A DNA stretch of 64,000 nucleotides. Source: Promethearchaeati archaeon (GTDB lineage Archaea; Asgardarchaeota; Heimdallarchaeia; Heimdallarchaeales; Heimdallarchaeaceae). Positions 50,901-61,400 of this stretch are shown here, piece by piece. The stretch covers positions 32,001-96,000 of the forward strand of contig JABLTJ010000006.1 in assembly GCA_013166775.1 (NCBI GenBank). The letters run 5' to 3'. The notes under the pieces were generated by a model. That model made no database searches and was not told the origin of the DNA. It was given only the letters and a program-made list of their open reading frames with translations. Every line of letters starts with the position of its first letter. Position 1 is the first letter of the stretch. The translations under genes and the position numbers were made by a program.

Positions 50901-53900
50901 TTATCCAATCATATCAAGAGTAGAAGTTAATTCCTTTAAATCAGATATATATGAGGAAATATATACGTGGCGTAATTTTGGATTCAGAGCAATTGAAAGT
51001 TGGTCAACACGATTAGATTTGTATAACTGGACTCTATCAGTAGAAACTGCTGATATAGACCAAGACGGTAAAGGTGAAATAATTGTTGGAGATTATGATA
51101 ATAACGTCTACATCTTTGAACATCTAACAAATAACACTTACAAAATAGCTTTTCGTTCCCCTGATATGTATCAAAACTATCCAACGGATCAATCACCTTA
51201 TGCTTGGGATCAATTTGGTAGTTTCACTGGAGAATTTAATCAAACTATCTGGAACCATGTCTCCCATATTCTAGTTGGAGTGGATCTTGATAGAAATGGC
51301 TATTTAGAACTTGTCGCATTGGCAGGAACGGTGTTATATGTCTTTGAAACCACGCATGATGAATTTAGTGGAAGAATAATAGATGACACATATACTCTTC
51401 TCTATCAATACGATTTACTGCTAAATATTGAAAGGGACTATCTAACTTCAAAATCCTATTTAGAATCTACGGGGTTGACTTGGGCCTATGACCTAGATTT
51501 AGATGGATACAGTGAAATCATTGTTGCATTTGAATCACAAGTGTTTGTATTCATACCTCGACTAGGTACAATCTACGAACTGTATGGTAATGTTCCCCCA
51601 AGCACAAATTCAGGTCATTATAATTTGCCTGGGAACAGTAAGGTATTCAATAACATAACTATATCTGGCGTGAAAGTTTTTGATACAAATAGAAATGGTT
51701 TGGAAGAAATTATTATCTATGGTGATATTGGACAGAGTGGATGGAATCATTTAGGATATCTTGTTATTATTGAATATAATTATCTGGGATATCAGATTAT
51801 TTGGGAACTACCTTCTTCTGCCTCAATTAATAATATGATCTACACCCTTGAAATAGCTGATCAAGATTTTGATGGTAACTGGGAACTTATCATAGGTGGA
51901 GAAAAAGGTATTGCAATTTGGGAATATGACAATCCAGACTATCAACAAGTAAGTGTTGTAACGGGTCATATGAATTATCCTTACATGGATTCCTACTCAA
52001 TGTTTGGTGAAAGCAATTATTATTCATCGGATAGTCAAATAAAACAACGTTCTCATGATATAATTCAACTGACCTATAGTGGTGCTAACCATTCTTATCT
52101 AGCAGTATGGACTGAATATAGCGTGGCATTATCACAATATGTTCTTTACCAATCTGTAAGCCATGATGGTGAAACTTGGTTATCAAATACTATGCTTCCT
52201 AGATACAAAATTTTCAATATGTACTTCCCTTCGCTTGTACAAATCTCAGATGGAACTATCTATCTGATCTGGTCTCAATTAGAACTTCAATTAGGACTAG
52301 GGATTTATGGTATTTTTATGATGAATTCTACAAACAATGGACAGGATTGGAGTGTACCTTATCCAATTCATACCGAGAATGGAATATCAGGTAATCCTTT
52401 CAGATCACCAACAGTGTTTTCTTATGGGACCGCTGGAATTGGTTTTGGATTTGTATTCAAGAATACAACTCATTCACTCCCCCAAATTGGGTTCTATAAT
52501 AAAAACTCAGGAGCTATAACCACTTCAGTTGAAATAGGAAGTTTGCGTGAAGATAATTTCTATGTAAATGGAATAGATGTTGTAGAAAATCCAAACAGCC
52601 CCCAGACTTATGCCTTAGCTATGAGTTGTCATAAAACAACAGAAAACAAAGATGATTATGACATCTGGTTCAGCGAACTCAATTCGTCTCTAGGGTATTC
52701 AATTGAACCTAGGAAACTAGTTGAAAGTGCTGCTGTTGAACATACTCCGAGTATAGCCTATGTTTATTCAGGAAATTACCCACTATTAATCACATATGAT
52801 GCTACAGGATACAAACAAGCCATAAGTACCTCCTATGGTTTAGTTTCGTCAGATTATCTGGAATGGTCAGAACCTGATATTCTCTCAGTTTATCCAGATT
52901 ATATTATTCTTAACTCAACCTATGATGTGTATCCAGAATTTAAAAACATCTTTCCATATGGCATAAATTCACATGGTTTCCGTAGTCCAAAAGTCGCTGC
53001 TACCTATGATGGAAGTTTTGTAGTTCTAACTAAATTTGATATTGATGGAGCTCAGATTGTCCCGTATCAACCATTATATTGGGAAGACTTGCTCTGTCAA
53101 GTTTATAGCTTGAATGTTACAAGTTTCACACCATTAGAAAAAGCAACGGATATAGCAGTGGGAGATACAGATGGAGATGGATTACAGGAAATTCTAGTAG
53201 CAGATGGCTATACTGCAAGGCTAGTAGAATTGTTTACAACACAAAAGGATTATCTAGGATTCCAAGCTAAATGGAAGAGTTATGACTATGAAAATTCAGT
53301 TTCAGATGTCTCCATTTATGATACTAATGGTAATGGATTCGGAGAACTAATTTTCAGCGTTCAAGGAGATGACGTTTATATCTTTGAAACAGATAATCTA
53401 AATGTAGCTAAAGTAAACCTAACTATTCCTATTCTTTCCTATACTGCATTTGATGCCAACTTAGATCTATATGAGTTATCACTTTCTGTAGATATAGAAG
53501 ATGATGGATATCCAGACTATGTTGTAATCATGGATAATGGAGATGTTTATGCTTTCATTGGTACAGATGGCGAGAATAGATGGAGTACTAGTACTTCTGG
53601 ATCATCAGCTCCTGTTCAATTACTTATAGAAGGGATTTACGAAGGAAATCTTGCTATATTCGTATTGTTTGATGATGGAGATGCCTTCTGGATAGATAAG
53701 AACGAAGGATCTATTCTACAAACATTTAATCTAGAAGGTACGGATTTCTATGATGATACTGGAATACTGTATGATATCAATGGAGATTCAATAGATGATA
53801 TAATAGTTCTTACAACAGGATTAGAATTACTAACGTATGATGGATCAGATGGTTCATCATTACCAGAATCTCAAGCATTAGGAACAGGAGTAAGAGGTAT

Positions 53901-55833
53901 TGATCTAGCTTATGAAGACTCAACTCCAAGTATCATCGTTGCTTTAAATAATGACTCTGTTGTTTCTTATGATATATCCTTAGCATTTCAATGGTCATTT
54001 GATATAACAACAGATAGTAATTCAAGAGTATTTGCTGAAGATCTCAATGGTGACAGTACGACTGAAGTCTTCATTACCTCTGAACCTTACATTCTAATTC
54101 ACCCTAATGGTACATGGTTGTGGAATGTTTCTATAATTTCTTATTCGAATACTGCATTCTTCTATGATATTAACAAAGACAATGTTTTAGATATTATAAC
54201 AAATGGTGGAAGTTCATCCTTCACAACTGCTTATGATGGATCAACTGGAGAAATTCTCTGGAATTATCAAACAGATCACATTTTTACTGGAGAGTTTACA
54301 ATGGGAACATATAACGGTGAAACCGCTATATTCTTTGCATATTTAGATATAACTGATTTAAGTTTAGGAGTAGGATCGCTCTCACCATATGGTACTCTAA
54401 GATGGATGATGAGAACAACATATGATATAACTGAAAACCCGAGTAATCTAAAACCAGTAGTAATAGATAATACACTAGGAGTTATCTATGGAAATCAAGG
54501 AGGAAAAGTTTCTGCTGTAGTTTCTGATCAATTAATTTATGAGATAGTACCTGAAAACCTGGATGTGATGCAATTATCTACTATCTATTCATCCAATGAT
54601 GATATTGCTGAAAAGACAGTAATCACTGATGATTTCTTAGGAGATGGTAATCCTTACTTGTTCTTTGTAGAAAAAGGAAATCGTGCTGTTTTATATGATC
54701 TGAAAAACAGTTTAATATACAGCTCTATCACCTTACTTGTATTTGGCAATGTAACTTGGGCAGTAGCTGCAGATATTAATATAGATGGCTATCCTACCTC
54801 AGTGTACTTCATTACAGATGCTTTTGAGATTGGGCTATTATCAGTTCAAGATATGACTCTTGAATTTCTCAAGGATGAATCTGGCTCGATAGATGAATTC
54901 TATTATATGATAGCTTACCCCCTCAAAGAAAACTACGACGCATTGATAATCAGTGTTAGACATAAAGCAGATTATGAGCTCAGAACATTGAATAAAGTTG
55001 GAGACAAAGTATGGGATACTATTGTGAATACTGCAAGTCCATATAAACAGCTTCTAGCAGGACATCTTCTACCTATGGCTACAAGTGAAGATGGAGATTT
55101 CTTAGTGCTAGTGCAAGACTCTCAATTGCTCTTCCACTTCGCATATAATGGAACATATTATCATGGGTATGATGGAATGGCCGGTTTAGTTGCCCTATCA
55201 AACAGAATGTCAACAGATTCCTACCAAAGTGTATACTTCCAGAATTATGATGATATAGCATGCTACGATCTAGATTTGAAGATTATTCAATGGACATATC
55301 AAGTAGGAACAGAAGAAATTCTAGATTTTGCATTCTTGGATTATAATAGTGATACTTACATTGATGTCTATGCTACACAAAATGGTACAGGAATCTACTT
55401 GATTCAAGATACAATGGCAGCTCAAACACTAATGTGGACACATATACATAATTCATTTGAAGCAAGATATGTAGAATTTCTGAAAAACACAGACGATAAA
55501 CCTGAACTATTAATTGGGGACTATCATAGGCTGTTCTTTGCAACACCAGGAGCAGGAAATATCGATACAGCTACAAGAAAGAACTTTGAACAGATTACAT
55601 ATCTTGATTTATGGCCAAGAGATGGTATGTCAAACAAAACAACAATAATTTTCTTAGCTGGTAGTACTATTTATTCCCATAATTTGAGTCTAATATTTGC
55701 AGGACAAGCAGAATTTATAGAGGAAAATATCATAGTCGATTTACCAAGACTCATAAGATTAGTTATACCTACTGGTATCATGTTTATTACTGTGCTAATT
55801 GCTATGGTAATTCTACTGAAGAAGAAAGAATGA
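47914..55833 (+). CDS. Giant surface protein (~2640 aa) with FG-GAP/VCBS-like, BNR and PQQ-like propeller repeats and C-terminal TM
   Basis: ATG overlaps the upstream stop (ATGA); signal peptide; many DxDxDG..EI motifs; SHDGETW and STNNGQDW BNR motifs; TM plus KKKE. Confidence 0.85.
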   Translation: MSKNIKPIKNKIITAFVTAIFIFSMFTAIPSLQLLNAEIAPPDSYNLDEIMRMLEEQQEGNSNFDLSGDTVYPDDIDLASYLRDYSNDYSQIYQPWKTKAAVRCIEISDDYQYMIVGGGYLYDNEIHIYRWNDLTNQYAKVWNSGDDIIKEDVIDVDIADTDHNQFLEIVAASADGSFHVFEQMHIYDPTANTENMFEHVYSSPYIGQVWGVEINDTDWDYDPDIIVVSWDHKVHVYEYFIHSGYPFAPEHWIEYEEKWVSHNLGQHPTSLVVGDTNANGLPDFVVGTREGGIFIFENNGTLLDIHGQPYPLCQDNSYKLIYSDINSIWRPIYSMEIGDLDGQIGDEVVIASFAFNAYVLRYNQLTETYYLQKLIKDFEPWTLKDFYPADDWADNMTAGQNVYFNDPNAGLGTTVPEPIPMTDPWFVDGNYPYNSGSVQNNDTCWTLFRSSSDEAYAIYDFGADEEGTGNGNDKADFSIVFKTPYSSININDFELSISQDYEHWMAVNSTSITKGYSSEGYASLNIDVDTLLVNNKWDFFQYVNVTVLQGNPDYHIYRLELHYVNVRVDDALSATIGTLASSYYEEDTMMQALIGTVDGRIIAFKYNSTLDEFVLTWDSWVDDRFSMGMNIWDLEQVKTLGTMPMIYGITDLETDYILRSDYLFTRPKDQVPTIYDIYDYDIENIDEDLFGDGDFILSDGNGDIYFFTNGFEYSVPETLNYFSNINANPNYDGMNLSVSAANIYNTPSLPGSEILIGWYDDSLSNIYDDFYDDSSTSLPADIEFWYRTGGMLYDNPTSLTALEQSGQLEELLKTAQSIPSADGIDIDSDGDIDLVVCIDNLYLLWNIGDTVNPLYALDSDYFEDINEVQGKRKYFSPQFVEFDHDNDYDLTIGYSNRVGATYFENYGSIADPRWVEKKELLNNFDEMATINVYNLTRPLFITYQDFSVYDAIQLESATGEDYLDKYLFYTMFNTYTNDFYEFLINYGIQTSYMVATYPIISRVEVNSFKSDIYEEIYTWRNFGFRAIESWSTRLDLYNWTLSVETADIDQDGKGEIIVGDYDNNVYIFEHLTNNTYKIAFRSPDMYQNYPTDQSPYAWDQFGSFTGEFNQTIWNHVSHILVGVDLDRNGYLELVALAGTVLYVFETTHDEFSGRIIDDTYTLLYQYDLLLNIERDYLTSKSYLESTGLTWAYDLDLDGYSEIIVAFESQVFVFIPRLGTIYELYGNVPPSTNSGHYNLPGNSKVFNNITISGVKVFDTNRNGLEEIIIYGDIGQSGWNHLGYLVIIEYNYLGYQIIWELPSSASINNMIYTLEIADQDFDGNWELIIGGEKGIAIWEYDNPDYQQVSVVTGHMNYPYMDSYSMFGESNYYSSDSQIKQRSHDIIQLTYSGANHSYLAVWTEYSVALSQYVLYQSVSHDGETWLSNTMLPRYKIFNMYFPSLVQISDGTIYLIWSQLELQLGLGIYGIFMMNSTNNGQDWSVPYPIHTENGISGNPFRSPTVFSYGTAGIGFGFVFKNTTHSLPQIGFYNKNSGAITTSVEIGSLREDNFYVNGIDVVENPNSPQTYALAMSCHKTTENKDDYDIWFSELNSSLGYSIEPRKLVESAAVEHTPSIAYVYSGNYPLLITYDATGYKQAISTSYGLVSSDYLEWSEPDILSVYPDYIILNSTYDVYPEFKNIFPYGINSHGFRSPKVAATYDGSFVVLTKFDIDGAQIVPYQPLYWEDLLCQVYSLNVTSFTPLEKATDIAVGDTDGDGLQEILVADGYTARLVELFTTQKDYLGFQAKWKSYDYENSVSDVSIYDTNGNGFGELIFSVQGDDVYIFETDNLNVAKVNLTIPILSYTAFDANLDLYELSLSVDIEDDGYPDYVVIMDNGDVYAFIGTDGENRWSTSTSGSSAPVQLLIEGIYEGNLAIFVLFDDGDAFWIDKNEGSILQTFNLEGTDFYDDTGILYDINGDSIDDIIVLTTGLELLTYDGSDGSSLPESQALGTGVRGIDLAYEDSTPSIIVALNNDSVVSYDISLAFQWSFDITTDSNSRVFAEDLNGDSTTEVFITSEPYILIHPNGTWLWNVSIISYSNTAFFYDINKDNVLDIITNGGSSSFTTAYDGSTGEILWNYQTDHIFTGEFTMGTYNGETAIFFAYLDITDLSLGVGSLSPYGTLRWMMRTTYDITENPSNLKPVVIDNTLGVIYGNQGGKVSAVVSDQLIYEIVPENLDVMQLSTIYSSNDDIAEKTVITDDFLGDGNPYLFFVEKGNRAVLYDLKNSLIYSSITLLVFGNVTWAVAADINIDGYPTSVYFITDAFEIGLLSVQDMTLEFLKDESGSIDEFYYMIAYPLKENYDALIISVRHKADYELRTLNKVGDKVWDTIVNTASPYKQLLAGHLLPMATSEDGDFLVLVQDSQLLFHFAYNGTYYHGYDGMAGLVALSNRMSTDSYQSVYFQNYDDIACYDLDLKIIQWTYQVGTEEILDFAFLDYNSDTYIDVYATQNGTGIYLIQDTMAAQTLMWTHIHNSFEARYVEFLKNTDDKPELLIGDYHRLFFATPGAGNIDTATRKNFEQITYLDLWPRDGMSNKTTIIFLAGSTIYSHNLSLIFAGQAEFIEENIIVDLPRLIRLVIPTGIMFITVLIAMVILLKKKE

Positions 55834-55971
55834 TTTCGTCGATAAACTCTTTTCTCTTTTTTTTACTATTTTACTTTCAGCATAGATAGATATCTTTCGT
55901 TTGTGAAATATATTATTAAATTTTTCAAACAAAGGATTCAACAAATCTTTAAGATTGCATAAAGAGTCTTT

Positions 55972-56680
55972 TTGAAAATAGGAGATGCTTCAAAGTTGTT
56001 AATTGAACCTCTAGCGATGAAAAAAATTACAATATTGGGAATAACGGGTTCAGGAAAAACAACTTTTCTGGAAGCTCTTTTTGGAGATATTGAGAAAAAT
56101 GATGTAGCAAGAAGAGTTTTCAAAGAAGTGAGCACTAATCTTGATTTTACTCCTTTAAATACAACAATTTTACTAATAGCACAACAACAATATCATTGAA
56201 TGTAGTTAATTCTGTTATAGTTTTAACAAGATTTAACAAAGTTATTTTAAGAAAATTTGCAGATAAAGAAACAATAGATTTTGAATCAATTGATGAAGCT
56301 TTTCAAGTAATTTTCAACGATCTAGCAGGACAAGAAAGATTTGATTTTATGCAAGAATTGCAATAAAAGGCTCGCATATAATAATTATTATGGCTGATGG
56401 ATCAAATACTGCATCTGTTGAAAAAATATCTCATTTTCTTGAAATGGTGAGGATGGAGGAACAACGATCTGGTAGAGATATACCTGTTTTAATATTCGTC
56501 AATAAATCAGATTTGAAAGAATATGGTGCTTTTTTAGGTAAAGATTATGCTGAAAGAGTTATTTTTTCAGCTTTACTAGATAGGGAATTACTCATCTACG
56601 AAACATCTAATTTTGAAGTTGAATCATATGAGATGCCTTTGACAATTATATTCAATTATCTCTCCATGCAAAGCTCCTAA
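55972..56680 (+). pseudogene. Small Ras-superfamily GTPase interrupted by two -1 frameshifts
   Basis: G1 GITGSGKTT (frame a); STTTISLN and G3 DLAGQERFDFM (frame b, ~56163-56360); G4 VNKSD and G5 ETS (frame c). Confidence 0.85.
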
Positions 56681-56750
56681 TTTGGCTTATATCCCACTCT
56701 AATACTAACTAAATGTTTATCTATTTTGGAACGAACTGAAATTTAGAGAA

Positions 56751-57119
56751 ATGAAGCAAATTAAGCAAATTACTTTTGATATAACACAGAGCAGAAGAAT
56801 AAAGAATTTTGCTCAGAAAAAGAATATTGAAGAAAAAGAAATACTTGCTAATTATCAAATGATTATGCATCTAATTTTCCAATCGTGGAAGAAAAACTAC
56901 CAAGATAGTGATGAAATTAGTTTTCGAAATTATTTTCTACAAATAATGAAATATGCAGAGTTTGTTTTTCGACTTCATCAGAGACAAGACGATATGATAA
57001 GAATAGTCGATCATGTAGAAATATTAAGAGATGCTTTAGAGGAATATGAAAGAGATTATGCAGATATTATAGAAATAGAAAATATCGTTAAGGAAATAAG
57101 TGGAGGGATTGATTTATGA
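56751..57119 (+). CDS. Hypothetical helical protein
   Basis: ATG ORF, overlaps the next gene by 4 nt. Confidence 0.7.
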   Translation: MKQIKQITFDITQSRRIKNFAQKKNIEEKEILANYQMIMHLIFQSWKKNYQDSDEISFRNYFLQIMKYAEFVFRLHQRQDDMIRIVDHVEILRDALEEYERDYADIIEIENIVKEISGGIDL

Positions 57120-57565
57120 AAATCGGTACAACAATGTTTACAGTAAAATTTAAAGATAAGATTCCTTGCGAAAACGAGTTAATCCTAGCAAGTGATTTGG
57201 CTTATTATCTCTATTATCTTCACGAAATTCCTGAAGAACTACCAAGATGGCAAATTGATGATTTGAATAAGAAACGACAAGAAGATGAAGAAGTATTTAC
57301 AGAATTGAGTAAAAAGTACTCTAATTTGTTCAAAGAATATGCCTTAATCAGACTCAAAGCAAATGAGCTATATGAGAGAAATAGAACTATAGCATTGACC
57401 ATAGGACTAGTTAGACTGAAGTTAATCAATATGAAAGAATCAGGAGTTGAAGCTCCACTAGATTTCGATATTGCGATTGCTAAGATCGAACATTTCATCT
57501 ACAGGTATCTTACAAAGCAGCAAGATAAGAGACTTGTAGAACAGATTGTTTTTGATGAAAAATAA
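57116..57565 (+). CDS. Hypothetical helical protein
   Basis: ATG ORF preceded by GGAGG. Confidence 0.7.
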   Translation: MKIGTTMFTVKFKDKIPCENELILASDLAYYLYYLHEIPEELPRWQIDDLNKKRQEDEEVFTELSKKYSNLFKEYALIRLKANELYERNRTIALTIGLVRLKLINMKESGVEAPLDFDIAIAKIEHFIYRYLTKQQDKRLVEQIVFDEK

Positions 57566-57632
57566 TTAAGAAAATATTCTCCGAGTATTACTACCTTTTA
57601 TTGAAGGTTACAACCTTCTTAACAAGGTTAAA

Positions 57633-58352
57633 ATGGTTCGCTGTGTTATTTATGTAAGAACGTCTACTGCAGACCAAGAATCTGGTTTGGAAACTCAGAT
57701 TGATGATGTTTCAGCAAGAATTTATCAGGTTGGGGAAAGAGAGATTGTTAAAATTATCAAGGATGAAGATACTCCTGGTGATAGTGATCCAGAATATAGA
57801 GAAGGATTCAAAGAAATTCTAGACATGGTAGAAAATGAAGAATTTGACGAATTATGGACTCAGTCTAGAGACAGATTATCACGAGATGTAGATATTCTTG
57901 GTTACATCCGAATTATTCTGAAAAAGAGAGAGATTCCAATAGTTTGCTTAGATGATGAGGATAACAAAGCCTTTGCAAGAATAAAAGATCTCTTTGGTGA
58001 GATGGAACTAGAAAAATACCGCGAGAAACGATATAAGGGTATGTTGAGACGAATAAAAGATCAAAAAGTGATGAGTCGACCCCCGTTCGGTTATGCTGTT
58101 GGTGAAAGTGGAGGATTAATGGTAGATGAATGTAAAAGAGGTTTAATTAGAAGGCTTTTTGGAGAGTTCGATAACCCATTTGCTTCGCTAAAAACATTAA
58201 GTATGAAATACAATATTCCTGTATCAACATTGAGAAATATACGCTCTAATCCTATCTATAGAACTGGAGAAGTTAGATGGGCTGGCAAAATCGCATATTA
58301 TGTTGAACCAGTTGTTCCAGAAAATAAAGATCAAATGCTAGAAATGGAATGA
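57633..58352 (+). CDS. Short serine recombinase (catalytic domain plus truncated recombinase DNA-binding domain)
   Basis: YVRTST (catalytic Ser), REGF, SRDRLSR, PPFGY, IRSNPIY; no zinc ribbon or coiled coil. Confidence 0.92.
   Translation: MVRCVIYVRTSTADQESGLETQIDDVSARIYQVGEREIVKIIKDEDTPGDSDPEYREGFKEILDMVENEEFDELWTQSRDRLSRDVDILGYIRIILKKREIPIVCLDDEDNKAFARIKDLFGEMELEKYREKRYKGMLRRIKDQKVMSRPPFGYAVGESGGLMVDECKRGLIRRLFGEFDNPFASLKTLSMKYNIPVSTLRNIRSNPIYRTGEVRWAGKIAYYVEPVVPENKDQMLEME
58244..58269. other. Candidate recombination site A (26-bp imperfect palindrome within the recombinase ORF)
   Basis: CTCTAATCCTAT-CT-ATAGAACTGGAG, 9 of 12 arm positions complementary; marks the start of homology with 62051-62150. 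Confidence 0.4.
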
Positions 58353-58457
58353 TTCTTCCTTCTTTTCTTGTTTTTCTTATATATGTAAGTTTTCACGAAA
58401 TATTTTTATTGCTTAGCGTTTCTTTTTATAAGATTAGCAAAGTTCCAAGTGTTCAAA

Positions 58458-61400
58458 ATGAGAAAAAATAAAATTAAATTTAAAGGAAGAATGATTGTTT
58501 TTATATTGTTATTTAGTCTTTTTGTGTTTTTATCACCTTTACAAAATGATACAACAGTAATACAAGCTGCATCCAGCACTTTCAATGAAGATTTCACTTC
58601 TACTACTTACATGGATGTTTCAAATACTAATGTTAGTGGTTGGGGAACAGGAAATATAGAAAATTCAAAGAAAAAACCTACACTTGTTGGTTCAATTAGT
58701 TCTTTTTTAATTGGCAATACCTTAGATGTTTTTGTTGACGGCAATTATGCCTATGTGACAAACCAAGGTGAGGGATTGAAAATTGTAAATATTACAGATC
58801 CTACCAATCCAGCAATTATAGGTTCTTATGATACTCCAAACATCGCTCAAAGTGTATATGTTGCAGGTGATTGTGCATTCATTGCCGATTATCAAGGAGA
58901 ATTTCCTGATTATGAGAATTTTCTTCTTGTAAATGTCACTGATCCAACGAATCCGACTGATCTAGGGAATTGTTCAACAATACTTGCACTAGGAGATGCT
59001 GCTCGTGATGTGATTGTTGCTGGAAATATAGCATTCATAGCTAATGATCAAGGTGGACTAAGTGTGGTTAATGTCACAGATACCAGTAATCCTATACGAA
59101 TAGGTGTAAGAGATACTCCTGGAACATCATCAAATTTAGTTGTTGCTGGTGATTATGTTTATCTAGCTGATGGAGAGAATGGATTAGTAGTGATTAACAT
59201 CGCTAATCCTCTGAATCCAACAATTGTTGCAACTTACAATGCAGACATTAGTTTTGTTGTGAATGTTGCTGTAGAAGGAAATTATGCCTACGCTATTGAT
59301 CTGAATAATGGCGTAATAGTGCTGGATATCACTGATATTACTACCCCTACATTTGTAGGATTGTGGAGTAAAAGTGGTGTTTCTGCTGCTTCAGTCTGTG
59401 GAGACTACCTTTATGTTACAGATATCAATGATGGACTTTCAGTGGTGAATATTGCTGATCCCACTACTCCAGTATTTATCAATACTCTCTCTCTCCCAGG
59501 TAATCCTTCAGCAATAGGTATTGAAGGTGATTATGCTTATTTCACATGTCAATCTGGTGGATTTCAGATTACTCAAATTAAAGATTTCGGTATTTCACTT
59601 GCTGGTTCTTATTATCATCCAGCGGGTTGTTTTGATGTATCTGTTTCTGGAGATTATGCGTATGTAGCGGATAGTGGTAGTTTAAAAATAATAGATATTA
59701 GTGCTCCTTCTGCTCCCACCCTTGTTGGTTCCTATAGTACTTTCCCATTCTTTGCTTGGGCTGTTTTTGTTTCTGGTGCTTATGCTTATGTAGGGGATGG
59801 AAGTGGTGGTATTGGTTTAATAATAATAGATATTAGTACTCCTTCTGCTCCCACTCTTGTCGGTTCGTATGATACTCCAGGGCTTGTATATGGTATTTTT
59901 GTTTCTGGAGACTATGCCTATGTAGCGGATGGTAGTAGTGGTTTGCTGGTTCTTGATATTAGTGCTCCTTCTGCTCCCACCCCTGTTGGTTCGTATGATA
60001 CTCCAGGGTTTGCTTGGGATGTTTTTGTTTCTGGTGCTTATGCCTATGTAGGGGATGAAAGTGATTTAATAATAATAGATATTAGTGCTCCTTCTACTCC
60101 CACCCTTGCTGGTTCGTATGACACACCAGGAAGAGCAGATGGTGTTTTTGTTTCTGAAGACTATGCCTATGTAGCGGATGTTAGTAGTGGTTTGCTGGTT
60201 CTTGATATTAGTGCTCCTTCTGCTCCCACTCTTGTTGGTTCGTATGATACTCCAGGGTCTGCTAGAAGTGTTTTTGTTTCTGGAGATTATGCGTGTGTAG
60301 CGGATGGTGGTAGTGGTTTAATAATAATAGATATTAGTGCTCCTTCTACTCCCACCCTTGCTGGTTCGTATGATACTCCAGAGCTTGCTAGAAATGTTTT
60401 TGTTTCTGGAGATTATTCGTATGTAGCGGATACTTATACTTTACAAATTATTGAATTAAAAAAGCATAGAGCTAGTCAATTTGTTTCTCCTTGTGTTGCT
60501 CAATCGACTATCGTTTTTACAGCTAATTCAGCAACTATTGTAAGTGCAACATTAGTAGAAAATAGTAATACTCCTGCTCCTACTTCTATCTCTTATTCTC
60601 TTTCTGCAGATAATGGGATTAATTGGGAACTAGTTACTCCTGGAACAAAAAATGATTTTGTTAATACTGGTAACCAGCTCAAATGGAAAGCTATTCTCAC
60701 TACTTCTGATGTTTTAGTGACTCCTATGCTTTATAGTCTTTCAATTACCTATAACACTATCTTGATTGTTCCTGCTCTGAACACACCTACTGAAGGTTAT
60801 CTTTCTGTAGATTATACGCCAACTTTCACGTGGTCAGGAATTAATGGGGAAACAGATTATCTCTTCCAACTTGCTACTTCAACGAGTTTTACTTCACCAT
60901 TATATAATACTACACTTCCTTCTTCAAGTTCAAGCTATACTATAAGTTCTCCCCTAGCTATAGATACCTATTATTGGCGAGTAGCAGGGATAGATACTGA
61001 AGGGGATTTGGGAAAATTCTCAGATTATAGAACTTTGTATATTATACAAGATACTAATTCCCCTATAATCGATCATCCCAGTGACATCTTCTATGAATTC
61101 GGTTCGACAGGTAACACTATTACTTGGTCTCCCACAGATTCTAATCCTTATTGGTACAATATTACTCTAAATGGTATCCTTACTAGTCATGATGATCCTT
61201 GGGTAGGCGGGAATATAGTTATGGACATAGATGGCTTATCATTAGGAATTCATACTGCTATATGTTATGTGTATGATTTAGAAGGATTTATGATTAGTGA
61301 CACTGTCGAAATTGAAGTGACATCTACAGCTCCTCCAACTATTGATGATGTTGCGAATTTTGAGTATGAAGAAGGAGATACGGGAAATTCAATTACTTGG

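Noticed and set aside
57633-58352. IS607-family transposon
   Set aside because: No N-terminal HTH on the recombinase and no tnpB downstream
59595-60460. Repeats as a CRISPR array or DGR template/variable pair
   Set aside because: Repeats are in-frame protein blades of ~125 bp with no repeat-spacer structure; no cas or reverse transcriptase gene in the window and no adenine-specific pattern evident
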